Source: Candidatus Bathyarchaeia archaeon
GTDB taxonomy: Archaea > Thermoproteota > Bathyarchaeia > Bathyarchaeales > Bathycorpusculaceae
Length of the DNA: 64,000 nucleotides
Assembly: GCA_050010755.1 (NCBI GenBank)
Contig: JBEKKK010000003.1
Coordinates: 32,001 to 96,000, forward strand
Direction of reading: 5' to 3'
Position numbers and translations under genes: made by a program. Positions 10,794 through 21,467 of the stretch are shown here, in pieces. Every line of letters starts with the position of its first letter. Positions within the stretch are counted from its first letter, which is position 1. Below the pieces are notes generated by a model. That model made no database searches. It had not been told where the DNA came from and worked only from the letters and a program-made list of their open reading frames with translations.

Positions 10794-11432
10794 TTAGGTT
10801 GCATTTTCATAAACTGAGTCTGGATGCGGCTTCGACCAGGCATCAGGATTCTGGTACTTGAATCCCGGCTTGGTCTCTTCGATCTTTTTCTCATCTTTGC
10901 TGAGAAATCTTTGCATTTTCGAAAGAAGCTCTTTGTGAGTTCCTTCGTCCCTGATGATGACTTCGAAGATTTCCTTCATATCTTTCAGCTGCACATTGTA
11001 GATTTCGTTTATTTCTTTAGTCATATACTCGAGCGTCTTCATTTGAACCAAAACGAAATATTCCTCGCCAAAGTTGCTCTCTAACACTTCCAGTTTCTTG
11101 GCAAGTGAAGGCAGCGTCTCTTTGGGTATGTTCTTTTCAGATGAAATTTCGCGTTTAAGATCCCCAATCGTCCTCCAAGTGAGGCCCGTCCTTTTCTGGC
11201 AATCCTTTAGGTTGATCTTTGACCCTCCGAGACTTTCGAACATTCCGTTAAGGATGGCTGAGTGTTTTCGACTATCGTAAGCGATGTGCTGTAGCATCGA
11301 CTTGATCAGCGGAATGTCTACCTTGTCAGCAAGACTCTGATAGAGCCGGTAGGTTTCTTGTTCCAACAAGCTTGAACATTTCAAGAAACCAACGATACCC
11401 TCTGGTTTTTTCACAACAACCACCAGCTTCAT
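10794..11432 (-). CDS. ferritin/rubrerythrin-like protein
   Basis: EQETYRLY...DSRKH and EEY...DEGTH duplicated helix-bundle motifs. Confidence 0.75.
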   Translation of the reverse strand: MKLVVVVKKPEGIVGFLKCSSLLEQETYRLYQSLADKVDIPLIKSMLQHIAYDSRKHSAILNGMFESLGGSKINLKDCQKRTGLTWRTIGDLKREISSEKNIPKETLPSLAKKLEVLESNFGEEYFVLVQMKTLEYMTKEINEIYNVQLKDMKEIFEVIIRDEGTHKELLSKMQRFLSKDEKKIEETKPGFKYQNPDAWSKPHPDSVYENAT

Positions 11433-11785
11433 TGATCTTAAATCAATATGATGATAAAGGGTTTATGAATCAGAAATCAACCGATAATGAGCGTGGCTCT
11501 CTAGCTTTTCCGAAGGCATGGTTGTTAGCGGCCATATGTACTCCCCCTCCTAAATTCCGTTTTTGACGGTAATGCGGCTGAGATGGGTATTTCGAATTTC
11601 GCTCACGGGAGGGGCTCTAGTGTGCGCTGACGGCCTCCCCCCTCGGTCTACGATATGATCCAAATATGATTCCGGAAGACATGGACCTCTCATAGGCTCA
11701 TTCAAGCTCGCTGTTCAGGGTTAGGTCCGATTTCCATGCGATCCCATAGCGCGCCCGCAAATGCAAGACTTCTTGAGTTTGATAA

Positions 11786-11860
11786 TGGACCGATGGGGAT
11801 TTGAACCCCAGACTTCCGCATTGCGAATGCGGCGTTCATACCAGACTGAACTACCGGCCC
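11786..11860 (-). tRNA. tRNA-Ala (anticodon CGC), intronless, CCA not encoded
   Basis: GGGCCGG/TCGGTCC acceptor with G3:U70; CCGCA-TT CGC AA-TGCGG; GGTTCAAATCC. Confidence 0.96.
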
Positions 11861-12063
11861 ATGGTTTCTTCCTAAAAGACACGCGGAAAGAAAGCTTGAG
11901 CTTTGTTTTATGTTTTTTGTTCGCGTTCAGTCAACTATGAATTATAGCCGCGGGTTTGTTCTGTGAATCTTGGAGGTTTGGAAAATTGTCTAAGTTGTTT
12001 CAAGCGGCTGCGCCTTTCGAAATTGACTCCTTTCCCTGAGGCTTCTATGACAACGCTTGAACG

Positions 12064-15000
12064 CTAATTCCCATCAGCCGCTTCTTTGCGTTCCGCATCA
12101 ATGGCGATGTAGATTTTCTTTTCGTCTAGTTGGAATTCGTGCCATTCTGTTGCGGTTTCTTCGCGGGTTGTGGGGAGATTGATGTTCTTTGTGCGGGTTA
12201 ACGCCTTCATCTCTGGCAGGTACGGTTGGAGGAGTTGGGTGGTTTCTTCGTCGAGTTCGGCTATGTGAACGGCATCCAGTACGTCAGTGGGTTTGTACCC
12301 GAGTTCTTTTCTCAGTGCCTGGACTCTTCTTGCTAGGTCGCGCATGACTCCTTCGCCCAGCAGCTTCTGGTCGCGGTGAACATCCACGAACGCTTGCGTG
12401 TCGTTCTCCGTCGCCGAAGCCCATCCTTCTTCGCTGACTTCGTGTGGGGGCTTTTGAGCATATTCGACTGTTTTGACGTTGGTAAGCTCAAGCAGCAGGT
12501 CTTCAACGTTCTTGAGGGCTTTGAGTTTCTCTTCCGGGGCTACTATGATCATTTTGCTGAGGGGCCATCTTCTCTTCAGTTTGGCGCTTTGCCTTGCCGA
12601 GTAGGCTAATGACACGGTGTTGAAAAGCGTTTCAAAGTCCTCTTCCACCTGTTTGTTGCGAAGTTCTTCGTTGGGTTTTGGCCAGTTTTCCATGTTAACG
12701 GTTTCGGGAAGAGAAGGGTCGAGTCGTCTGTAGATGTTCTGGTGCAGAGCTTCGCTGAGGTATGGCGTGATTGGGTTGAAGAGCAACGTTACAGTCTTTA
12801 GCACATGCCACAGTGTCGAGTAGACGGCGAGCCTCCTGTCGAGCGTCTCCGGATCGTCTGACCACAGTTCCTTCCGAACCATCGGCACGTACAGTCTGCT
12901 CAAATCTTCAATCACAGCGTCTTCCAGAGCAGCTAGGGCCAAGTTGAACTCACACGTCTCGAGCCTTGCCGTGTACGTCTCTATAGTCTGTTGAAGTCTT
13001 GAAAGCAACCATAGGTCTGGGTTCTTCAACTGTTTTCCGCGCTTCGCTGATTCAAGCGTGTGTTTCAAGGGGTCGAAACCGTCGAACTCGGAGTTTTCAG
13101 CAAAGAATCTGCTAAGATGGTAAAGCGTGGACAGCACCTGATAGGGACGGCGACTCAGTTCTTGAGGATCAAAATCGTTCGGGTCCGTCGGTGGACACTT
13201 TCGAAGCACGTAAAACCTGAACACGTCCGCCGAGTATTTTTCCAGGGCACTGTTGGCCTCTATTATGTTTCCGAGGCTCTTGCTCATTTTTCTGCCCCTG
13301 GCATCTTGGGTTAAACCTTGAAGCAGGAACGAATTGTAGGGGGGTTCTGCCTTTCCGGTCAGTATGACGTATTCCAAGAGAAGAGTGTTTGCCCAACCTC
13401 TCGTCTGATCCATTGCTTCGGTGAGATAGTCGACCGGCACGTACTTCTTGAATTCTTCATCCGTGAATCTGGCGTAGGGGGATGCTCCGCTGTTGTGCCA
13501 AGCGTCGAGCACGAAATCTTCTCTGTGCATTGTTCCTCCGCATTTTTCGCATTTCAGGGTGATGCGGTCTACCCAGGGTTTGTGCAGTTCAAAGTCAGCC
13601 GGCGCCTTTTCCAAGGCTCTTGCCAGAAGCTCTTTCTTGCTCGCAACGACGGTTTCTGTTCCGCACTCCTTGCATTTCCATATGGGCAGCGGTGCTCCCC
13701 AGACGCGCTCTCTGGATATGCACCATGGTTTGCCCTCTCTTAGGAAGGATAGGAAACGGTTCTTGGGGCTCTCGTAGAAGTAGTTTACCTTTTCGGCGGC
13801 TTCCACCACTCTTGAGTTTATCTTGTCGGTTCTCAGGAAGTACTCTTTTCTGGCCAACCATACGAGTTTGTGGTGAGAACGCCAGCACGTTGGATACTCA
13901 TGTTTGAGCGTTTTTGCTGAGACGAGCAGGCCTCTTTTTCGCAGTTCCTCAATTACTATGGTGTCTGTGTCTCTTGCGAATTTGCTGTTGAAGAAGCCCG
14001 AGTCTTTCGTGAACTTCACTTCGTCGTCAAACGGTGCGAAGATTGGAACGCCCCGTTTCTGCGCAGCGAAGAAGTCTTCCTCGCCGTTTCCAGGAGACTG
14101 ATGCACGACTCCCGTCGCGGTGTTCACATCTACGAAATCCTCAAGTATCACTTTGTGCACGAGCGCGTGCTTCTTCTCAAGCTCTGCCTGTTCAGGAACC
14201 AAGTCTTTGAAGGGATACTCGTATCCTGTTCCGTCCAGGCTTTTTCCAATCACCGTCTCCGTAACTTCATATTCTTCTATTCCCAGTTCCTGCATGACAG
14301 GCTGGACGCGGGGTTTGGCGAGGATCCACTTTTCATCTTTGACTTTGACTTTCGCGTATTCTGCTTCAGGATGCACGGCCAACATCGTGTCGGTTATGAG
14401 GGTGAAGGGCATCGTTGTCCACACGAGGAAGAACTCGTCCCGTTTGCCGGCGAGTCGGAATTTGAAGTAGAGGCTGGGATCTTCGACGATTTTGTATGCT
14501 CCTTCGTAGCCTACTTCTGCGCTGCTCAAGCTTGTCTGGCAACCTGGGCAGTAGGCAACCACGTAATGTCCTTCTTCCAGTAGCCCTTGGTCCCATGCGC
14601 GCTTGAGGATTTGCCATTCTCTTTCGATGTACTCGTCCTTGTAAGTCCAGTAAGCCTTGTCCTGGTTTATGAAGACGCCGAGTTTGGCGTCGGCCGCTAC
14701 CCATTCCTTGTGGTATTTCATTATGGCTTTTTTGCATTCCTGGATGAAGCGTTCCATTCCAACTTTTTCCAAGAGTTCCCGCTTGTTCTTCACGCCCAGC
14801 AGCTTCTCGACTTCCAGCTCGACAGGCAGGCCTTGGCAGTCCCATCCTGCCCAGAAGGGTATGTAATAGCCTTGCATCGTCTTCCATCGATAGCGAACAT
14901 CCTTCATTGCCCGGCCTCTTGCATGACCCACGTGAGGAATGCCGTTAAGCGTGGGTGGCCCTTCTACATAGCCCAAAATTCCGTGGTTATTCTTTTCCTT

Positions 15001-15126
15001 GAAGAGCTCCAGCTTCTGCTGTACGCAATTTGTTGCCCAGAATTCACGTATTTCTTTCTCAAGCTCAAGCGGGTTATAACTTGCGTTCAAGCCTTTTTCA
15101 GAAGCAGTTCCGAATTTGACGGTCAC
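12064..15126 (-). CDS. ileS: isoleucyl-tRNA synthetase
   Basis: EGPPTLNG-HVGH, GWDCQGLPVE, WTTMPFTL, WCISR, DQTRGW, KMSKS. Confidence 0.93.
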   Translation of the reverse strand: MTVKFGTASEKGLNASYNPLELEKEIREFWATNCVQQKLELFKEKNNHGILGYVEGPPTLNGIPHVGHARGRAMKDVRYRWKTMQGYYIPFWAGWDCQGLPVELEVEKLLGVKNKRELLEKVGMERFIQECKKAIMKYHKEWVAADAKLGVFINQDKAYWTYKDEYIEREWQILKRAWDQGLLEEGHYVVAYCPGCQTSLSSAEVGYEGAYKIVEDPSLYFKFRLAGKRDEFFLVWTTMPFTLITDTMLAVHPEAEYAKVKVKDEKWILAKPRVQPVMQELGIEEYEVTETVIGKSLDGTGYEYPFKDLVPEQAELEKKHALVHKVILEDFVDVNTATGVVHQSPGNGEEDFFAAQKRGVPIFAPFDDEVKFTKDSGFFNSKFARDTDTIVIEELRKRGLLVSAKTLKHEYPTCWRSHHKLVWLARKEYFLRTDKINSRVVEAAEKVNYFYESPKNRFLSFLREGKPWCISRERVWGAPLPIWKCKECGTETVVASKKELLARALEKAPADFELHKPWVDRITLKCEKCGGTMHREDFVLDAWHNSGASPYARFTDEEFKKYVPVDYLTEAMDQTRGWANTLLLEYVILTGKAEPPYNSFLLQGLTQDARGRKMSKSLGNIIEANSALEKYSADVFRFYVLRKCPPTDPNDFDPQELSRRPYQVLSTLYHLSRFFAENSEFDGFDPLKHTLESAKRGKQLKNPDLWLLSRLQQTIETYTARLETCEFNLALAALEDAVIEDLSRLYVPMVRKELWSDDPETLDRRLAVYSTLWHVLKTVTLLFNPITPYLSEALHQNIYRRLDPSLPETVNMENWPKPNEELRNKQVEEDFETLFNTVSLAYSARQSAKLKRRWPLSKMIIVAPEEKLKALKNVEDLLLELTNVKTVEYAQKPPHEVSEEGWASATENDTQAFVDVHRDQKLLGEGVMRDLARRVQALRKELGYKPTDVLDAVHIAELDEETTQLLQPYLPEMKALTRTKNINLPTTREETATEWHEFQLDEKKIYIAIDAERKEAADGN

Positions 15127-15335
15127 CTTTCATCACATTGCACCCGCAAAACACAACACATTAGCCCAAGCCACATATAACCTTTACTTATCAATAATAA
15201 ATCAAGAGCGAAGGAACGCTTTTCGGACAAATCGAGAAGGAAACTTGCCCCCTTGGCCATTGCAGTACCCTGTAGGACAAGCAAGCGAAATCGTCCGATG
15301 AGGAATAGATTGTGTGCCCATCTTCGTTCCGTCGT

Positions 15336-16166
15336 TCAGTCTAATGGTATTTTCCGCCCTGTGAGGTCGCGTTTCGAGTTTCCAAATTCGGATTTGACTT
15401 CTCGCAGTTGTTTTGAGGTAAAAACAGGCCCGTCTGCGCAGACCCGATACTTGCCTATTGTGCAGCTTCCGCAGAGGCCTATGGCGCAGCGCATCAGCCG
15501 TTCAAGACTTGCTTCCAAGTTTGTTCGATGCTCTTCGGCGAGTTCGAAGATTTTTCGAAGCATCTTTTCAGGTCCGCACGTGTAGATGATGTTGAACGTT
15601 TCTTTTGCCAATATCTGCTCCAGGGGTTCCGTGCACAAGCCTGTGATGCCGCAGCTGCCATCCTCAGTCGATGCAACGAGTCGCACTTGGCTTCTGTTGA
15701 AAGACTGCTCAAGTTGGGTCATGAAAAGCAGTTCGTTTCTTGTTTTTGCGCCCAGTATGAAGACTCCTCTTGTTATTCTGGGCAACAATCTGTTGGCCAG
15801 AAAAACGAGCGGGGCCGTGCCAGTGCCGCCTGCAACCATGAGCACGCTTCCTTTTACCATTGAGAAACTGTTTCCGAAGGGCCCTCTTACTCCGATGACG
15901 TCGCCCTCTTTCGCCTCGTGCAACGCTTTTGTTGCTTGACCCACATTCTTGACTGCCACGGAAACCAGTCCACCTTCTTCGACGCCAAGTATGCTGAGAG
16001 GTATTTCGTCCACGCCCGGAATCCACAACATCAGAAACTGGCCAGGCTGAGCCCTCGCACATTGTCCGTCCCTGAAGCTGAAAGTCTTCACAGTTGGACT
16101 CTCGACTTTGACGTTCAAAATTTGCGTTGTTCTCAGCCGATTATCTGCGATGCGATAGGCCAACAA
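15336..16166 (-). CDS. pyrK: dihydroorotate dehydrogenase electron transfer subunit
   Basis: PGQFLM, RGPFGN, AGGTG, CGPE, MRCAIGLCGSC...C-DGPVF. Confidence 0.93.
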   Translation of the reverse strand: MLAYRIADNRLRTTQILNVKVESPTVKTFSFRDGQCARAQPGQFLMLWIPGVDEIPLSILGVEEGGLVSVAVKNVGQATKALHEAKEGDVIGVRGPFGNSFSMVKGSVLMVAGGTGTAPLVFLANRLLPRITRGVFILGAKTRNELLFMTQLEQSFNRSQVRLVASTEDGSCGITGLCTEPLEQILAKETFNIIYTCGPEKMLRKIFELAEEHRTNLEASLERLMRCAIGLCGSCTIGKYRVCADGPVFTSKQLREVKSEFGNSKRDLTGRKIPLD

Positions 16167-17088
16167 TATCCTCCACCTTCCCGAAATTCTTCCTCTTGAG
16201 ATATTTGTCTACCCCAAGGGCGACGCCTCTGAAAACGTTTGATCCCTTGAGCGAAACGGCAGTGCCAATCTGAACCGCTGAAGCTCCTGCGAGCAGAAAC
16301 TCCACAGCGTCACGCCAGTCCGTGACTCCTCCGCAACCCATTATCGGAACCTTGACCCGTTCAAACGTTTCGTACACGCATCTGAGTGCAACAGGCTTAA
16401 CGGCGGGCCCGGAAAGTCCACCCAACTTGTTGCTTAGAATCGGCATGGCTGTGTCAACATCTATCGCCATGGCCCTAACCGTGTTCATAATCGTCAGCCC
16501 ATCCGCGCCCGCTTCAACTGCCGCTTCGGCAACGTCTGCAACGGACGTCACGTTAGGAGACAACTTGACAAAAACTGGTCTGCTTACTGAAGCCTTGACT
16601 TTCTTGACCACCTCTGCGAGAGTATCTGGACATTGTCCGATTTCGGATCCGGTGTCCTTGACATGAGGACAGGAAACGTTGAGTTCCACAGCATCGGCAC
16701 CCACGGCCGTGGCCTCCTCGGCAATAGTCGCGTATTCTTCAGCCGAATAACCGTAGATGCTGAAGATCAAAGGAACGTTGGAGACAGCGGCTTTGATTCG
16801 CTTGAACTCTTTGAGGTATTCTTTGATTCCGGGGTTTGGCAGTCCCATGGCGTTGATCAGGCCGCAACTGGCCTGAACAACGGTCGGATTCGAGTAGCCT
16901 TCCCGCGGCTTCAGACCGACAGACTTTGTGACGGCAGCCCCTGCACCGCCCTTCACGATGTTTTCCATCGTTTCTGCTGAATAGCCCAAGACTCCGGAAG
17001 CCAGAACAGTCGGGTTTGCAAGGTGCAGACCTGCTAGATCAACTGTCAGACGACTTTCTCTCAATTCCACCACCAAGACATTCTTCAA
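16141..17088 (-). CDS. pyrD: dihydroorotate dehydrogenase catalytic subunit (class 1B)
   Basis: NPTVLASG, NAMGLPNPG, ELNVSCPH, VKLSPN, GGLSG, VQIGTA; overlaps pyrK. Confidence 0.95.
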   Translation of the reverse strand: MKNVLVVELRESRLTVDLAGLHLANPTVLASGVLGYSAETMENIVKGGAGAAVTKSVGLKPREGYSNPTVVQASCGLINAMGLPNPGIKEYLKEFKRIKAAVSNVPLIFSIYGYSAEEYATIAEEATAVGADAVELNVSCPHVKDTGSEIGQCPDTLAEVVKKVKASVSRPVFVKLSPNVTSVADVAEAAVEAGADGLTIMNTVRAMAIDVDTAMPILSNKLGGLSGPAVKPVALRCVYETFERVKVPIMGCGGVTDWRDAVEFLLAGASAVQIGTAVSLKGSNVFRGVALGVDKYLKRKNFGKVEDIVGLSHRR

Positions 17089-17277
17089 GCACCTTCATTT
17101 CTTGATTATCAAAGCACTGTTTCTGTGCAGACGAGGCATATATCTGCTTGCACTTCCAGCCGCGTGAAAGCCTAATTCAAGAAATACAGATCCAACCAGA
17201 AAAACTCGGGACTTTCGAGAAAACAATCTTGCAAAAAATGTTGGACGTCCCTCGCTGTGGAACGACCAGCAAGGACG

Positions 17278-17535
17278 TTACTGCTTTGGCGTCTGTGCCT
17301 GCTCTGGCTTTATCTCTTGCTTCTGCTCTGGTTTCTGCATCTTCGGCTTCATCATGTAGGCCCATGCAGCGAGTATAATGCCGATCAAACCGATAATGCC
17401 GACGAGACCGTAGTAACCGTATTTCGTAGTAGAGCTTCCGTAAATGCTGAAGACATGAGCTCCTACTTGAATTGCACCGAGTATTATTGCTATTATGATC
17501 AGCACTACGCCTAGAGCAAGAACTCCCTTATTCAA
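17278..17535 (-). CDS. small 2-TM membrane protein
   Basis: Two hydrophobic helices and a K/P/Q-rich tail; GGAGGCGG upstream. Confidence 0.7.
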   Translation of the reverse strand: MNKGVLALGVVLIIIAIILGAIQVGAHVFSIYGSSTTKYGYYGLVGIIGLIGIILAAWAYMMKPKMQKPEQKQEIKPEQAQTPKQ

Positions 17536-17794
17536 ATTGTACTGCCGCCTCCTTTCAAATGACTTATAAATAGCAATGTAGGTCGGCGCTTAGCCTATTT
17601 TAGCTTTTCCAAAAAGATGCTCGCGAAATCACTGAAGATTTAAACTCAAGTTTAATGATTCGTGCGCTTGCTCCGCGGGCGTTTCCTTTACGCCTTCTCG
17701 TTGGGGTGACTCAGCGACGCCCTTTTTTGGGAATGTTCAATTGCGATACATTATTAAAGACAAAGCTGGGGTTAGTGATGCTGAGGAATAATTT

Positions 17795-19024
17795 ATGAAG
17801 GCGACGCTGATTGAGTGCTCCTTTGGCATACTTGCTTTCAACGAAGAAGACGAGCTGTTCGAAAAAGTCTTGTTTGAAAAGAAACCCCTTGTGGCAGCGA
17901 AAGCCGTTTTGGATATTGAAGCTGGCAAAATAATTGAACCTGTTCAAAGCATGATGGACAATCTCAGGGAACGGGGCTACGGGACCTTCGTCTTCGAGAA
18001 TCCAACCTTGGCCAAAGCTGTTGAGAAGAGATTCAGCGTTAATGTTGAGGTTGACCAGCGTTCGCGAGCTGGAGAGCTTGTTCGTTCAAGATCTGAAGAG
18101 ATCGCGACGGAGACAGGCTTCGTTAAGAACGCCGAGGAATTTGGCCTGTGGATGCGTGATTTCGCTATGGAGACTGCCAAGTTGCGGGTTAAGGGTGCAG
18201 TGGAGAGGAGGGACTTGGTGGTGGCTCAGGCTATCCAGACTCTCGATGAGTTGGACAAGACGATAAACATGCTCATGGCCCGCGTGAGAGAGTGGTATGG
18301 AATACACTTTCCAGAGCTAGATAGGCTGCTCGAGAAGCATGAGACTTACGCGAGGCTAGTGGTGCAGCTGGGCAATAAAGAGAATTTCACGGCTGAAAAA
18401 CTTGAGACCGAAGAAGTTCCGAAGGCGAAAGCCGAGGGAATCGCCAAAGTGGCCGAAAAATCCATGGGCGCGGATCTCGAACCCGCCGATTTGGCTCAGA
18501 TTCAAGCCCTCTGCAAGGATGTGACGCGTCTGTATCAGTTGAGGCAGGACTTGGAGGGTTACATCGACAAAACGATGGAGGAAGTCGCTCCTAACACGAA
18601 GTACATGGTTGGCGCTCTTCTCGGAGCCCGTTTGATAGCAGTGGCTGGAGGGTTGACAAACCTCGCCAAGAGACCTGCAAGCACAATCCAGATACTGGGC
18701 GCTGAGAAAGCCCTTTTCCGTTCGCTGAAAACTGGAACGAGACCCCCAAAGCATGGGATGATTTTCCAGCACACGATAATACACGATGCCAAGAGATGGC
18801 AGAGGGGAAAAATTGCCAGGGCATTAGCGGGCAAGCTGGCCATAGCGACGAGAGCGGATGCGTTCGGAAGAAGAGAAATCGGAGCAGAACTGAAGGCAAG
18901 CCTTGACAGGCGAATCGACGAAATCCACGAGAAGTACGATCAGCCTCCGCCGATGCCGGTTGCAAAACCTAGAAGCGGAAAGCCCAGAAGGGACAAATGG
19001 GGAAAGCATAGGCGTGAACGTTAA
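17795..19024 (+). CDS. nop5: C/D box sRNP protein Nop5 (Nop56/58)
   Basis: REWYGIHFPEL, PASTIQILGAEKALF, PPKHG, RGKIAR. Confidence 0.96.
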   Translation: MKATLIECSFGILAFNEEDELFEKVLFEKKPLVAAKAVLDIEAGKIIEPVQSMMDNLRERGYGTFVFENPTLAKAVEKRFSVNVEVDQRSRAGELVRSRSEEIATETGFVKNAEEFGLWMRDFAMETAKLRVKGAVERRDLVVAQAIQTLDELDKTINMLMARVREWYGIHFPELDRLLEKHETYARLVVQLGNKENFTAEKLETEEVPKAKAEGIAKVAEKSMGADLEPADLAQIQALCKDVTRLYQLRQDLEGYIDKTMEEVAPNTKYMVGALLGARLIAVAGGLTNLAKRPASTIQILGAEKALFRSLKTGTRPPKHGMIFQHTIIHDAKRWQRGKIARALAGKLAIATRADAFGRREIGAELKASLDRRIDEIHEKYDQPPPMPVAKPRSGKPRRDKWGKHRRER

Positions 19025-19709
19025 AGTAAAGCCGCATCCTCTTTTTGAAGCCATATACCAAGTCATTCTTGAAGACGGCGCGCAAAGACTCGCGACGAAG
19101 AATCTTTCCCCTGGAAGAAGCGTCTACGGAGAGAGGCTCGTCAAGTTCGAAGGCGTAGAGTACCGTGTCTGGGACGCGTTTAGAAGCAAACTGGCCGCCG
19201 CTATCCTGAAAGGCCTAGACATGGTCCCAATAAAACCTGGGCACACGGTCCTTTATCTGGGAGCGGCTTCGGGCACAACGGCCAGTCACGTTTCAGACAT
19301 AATCGGCGAAAAAGGCCACGTGTACTGCGTGGAATTCGCCTCAAGATCCATAAGAGATTTGGTGGACAACGTTTGCAAGTACAGGTTCAACATGTCGCCA
19401 ATACTCGAAGATGCACGGTTTCCAGAGAAATACGCGATGTTCCTAACACGAAGGGCAGATGACATCTACTGCGACATAGCCCAGAGTGAGCAGGCAAAGG
19501 TTCTCGCAGACAATGCCGACCGATTTCTCAAGAGGCAAGGATGGATAATGCTCGCAGTGAAATCTCAAAGCATAGACGTGACAAAAGAACCATCCGAAAT
19601 CTACAAACGCGAAGTGAAAGTGCTGGAAAAACGCGGTTTCCGCACAGAACAAATCCTCCAATTAGAACCCTACGACAAGGCGCACGCGATGGTATTGGCT
19701 CAACGTTGA
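19014..19709 (+). CDS. flpA: fibrillarin-like rRNA/tRNA 2'-O-methyltransferase
   Basis: VYGERL, YRVWDAFRSKLAAA, VLYLGAASGTTASHVSD, LEPYDKAH; GTG start overlaps nop5 stop. Confidence 0.96.
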   Translation: MNVKVKPHPLFEAIYQVILEDGAQRLATKNLSPGRSVYGERLVKFEGVEYRVWDAFRSKLAAAILKGLDMVPIKPGHTVLYLGAASGTTASHVSDIIGEKGHVYCVEFASRSIRDLVDNVCKYRFNMSPILEDARFPEKYAMFLTRRADDIYCDIAQSEQAKVLADNADRFLKRQGWIMLAVKSQSIDVTKEPSEIYKREVKVLEKRGFRTEQILQLEPYDKAHAMVLAQR

Positions 19710-19807
19710 ACGGACGGTAAGGATAGAGATTGCCCAAAACGTCTTCAAAGTGATATTCATCGGATAGTTTATATCCTTCATTGCGGTGGGTCTTTCGTGG
19801 CGATTTC

Positions 19808-20758
19808 ATGGCTTATTCGGGGAGAGACAGCCTAAACGCCCCAGAATCAATACTTAGAGAAGCTGGGTTTGTCGTTTCTGAACCTTGTCGTTCCAGGCCG
19901 AGCTGTTTCGATTTTGCTGCCCGAAAAGGCGAATCTCTGATTTTTACACGAGTCCAACATGACATCGGAAGCTTGTCGATAAGCGATTCGGCAGAATTGA
20001 AGGCCATATCCGAGAGCTTTTCGGCACCCTGCCTGTTGTTAGGGGAGGAAGCACGTGAAAAGTCCCTTCAGGATGACACGGTTTACAAGAGACACGGCAT
20101 ATTAGCCGTCACTCCGAGAACGTTCGAGAACTTCGTGATTCACAAGATATGTCCGCTGATTCAGGCCAACCCGGGCGGCTACTATGTCGAAATCGACGGA
20201 GAGGCACTGAAACAGAGAAGGCAGAAGCTGGGACTGTCGGCCGGCGAAGTGGCTGAGATGGTGAGCACTTCTCGGAGAACTATCTACGGCTATGAGAGGG
20301 GCATGGCAAAAGCTTCGGTGACGGCGGCTTACAACCTGATTTGGGCCCTTGGAATCCCCGTTGCAAAATCAGTGAACATTCTTGAGAAGCCGGAGAATCA
20401 ACGAAAATCATGCGTGCTGACAACGGCGAGGCTCATGCTCGCAAGGAACAGGATCCTCAACAAGCTTTTCGGGAGATACTTCCGTTATCATGTCACAGCC
20501 GTCAAGAAGGCGCCTTTCGATTTCGTGATAAGCGCTCCCGACAAGAGAATAAGGATAATCGGGGGAATAGCGAACAGGAAAGAGCCCGAGCTTGACGCGA
20601 GGGTGGATGAGATACTGAGCGTCAGCAAGGTCACGAGAGCGCGTCCGATACTCATAACGGAGGGGGAGCAGCAACTGGAACGGGACATCCCGTGCATCAG
20701 CCGCGAAGACGTTTCCAAAATCAAAAGCCCCGAAGACCTGATTGCGAGCTTCACATAA
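19808..20758 (+). CDS. archaeal HTH transcriptional regulator (COG1395-like)
   Basis: SCFDFAAR N-domain, GGYYVEIDG, Cro-type HTH (LSAGEVAEMVSTSRRTIYGYERG). Confidence 0.85.
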   Translation: MAYSGRDSLNAPESILREAGFVVSEPCRSRPSCFDFAARKGESLIFTRVQHDIGSLSISDSAELKAISESFSAPCLLLGEEAREKSLQDDTVYKRHGILAVTPRTFENFVIHKICPLIQANPGGYYVEIDGEALKQRRQKLGLSAGEVAEMVSTSRRTIYGYERGMAKASVTAAYNLIWALGIPVAKSVNILEKPENQRKSCVLTTARLMLARNRILNKLFGRYFRYHVTAVKKAPFDFVISAPDKRIRIIGGIANRKEPELDARVDEILSVSKVTRARPILITEGEQQLERDIPCISREDVSKIKSPEDLIASFT

Positions 20759-21413
20759 GCTTCGTCTGTTCAGAACCCTTTCCATCTCGAACTCTCTTGG
20801 CAGGCTTCCATGATTTTCTAACATAATCCGGATATTCGTCCAGTTTTTCACAGCACTCCTTCAGGAACTTCATGGTTCTCGGATCCGACGGATACCCGGA
20901 TCCAAAATCTCCGAGAGTCTTCGCGAGCTCCGAAATCTCTTTGTCTCTTTCGACCTTCGCAATAATCGAAGCCGCCGACACCGCAACATAGTTCCTGTCA
21001 GCCTTGTGCTCTGAAACGATGTCAACCCTGAAGGACATGCACTCCAAAATGTGCTGCTTAAACCGCTCCTCCAAAACATCAGACGCGTCAACATAAACCT
21101 TGTCGGGCCTCAGCGCCTCTATAACCCTTGCCATCGTCTGCGCCTCCAGATAATTCAGCTTGTGAAGCTTCCTACCACTGTTAACCACAACATCGATTTC
21201 CCGCGGCGAAAGCTTCACCACATCGAATTTAACAACTATCCTTCTGATTTCAACGGCAAGAACCTCACGCCTGTGCGGCGACAACAACTTAGAATCTTTG
21301 ACGCCAAGCTCCTTTAGCCTGGGCAAGTCCTCTTCTCTGACCAGAACCCCGGCGATAACCAGCGGCCCTATGACTGCACCGCGCCCCGCGTCATCCACAC
21401 CGGCAACTAACAT
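20751..21413 (-). CDS. rnhB: ribonuclease HII
   Basis: GVDDAGRG, DSKLL, HKAD, AASIIAKV, GSGYPSDP. Confidence 0.95.
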   Translation of the reverse strand: MLVAGVDDAGRGAVIGPLVIAGVLVREEDLPRLKELGVKDSKLLSPHRREVLAVEIRRIVVKFDVVKLSPREIDVVVNSGRKLHKLNYLEAQTMARVIEALRPDKVYVDASDVLEERFKQHILECMSFRVDIVSEHKADRNYVAVSAASIIAKVERDKEISELAKTLGDFGSGYPSDPRTMKFLKECCEKLDEYPDYVRKSWKPAKRVRDGKGSEQTKLM

Positions 21414-21467
21414 CTAACCCCTTCACTCATGTCAAATTTCCTATCTAAACTTCAAAGTTATAATCCT

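Noticed and set aside
9025-11860. Integrated element at a tRNA
   Set aside because: No duplicated tRNA 3' end and no integrase found.
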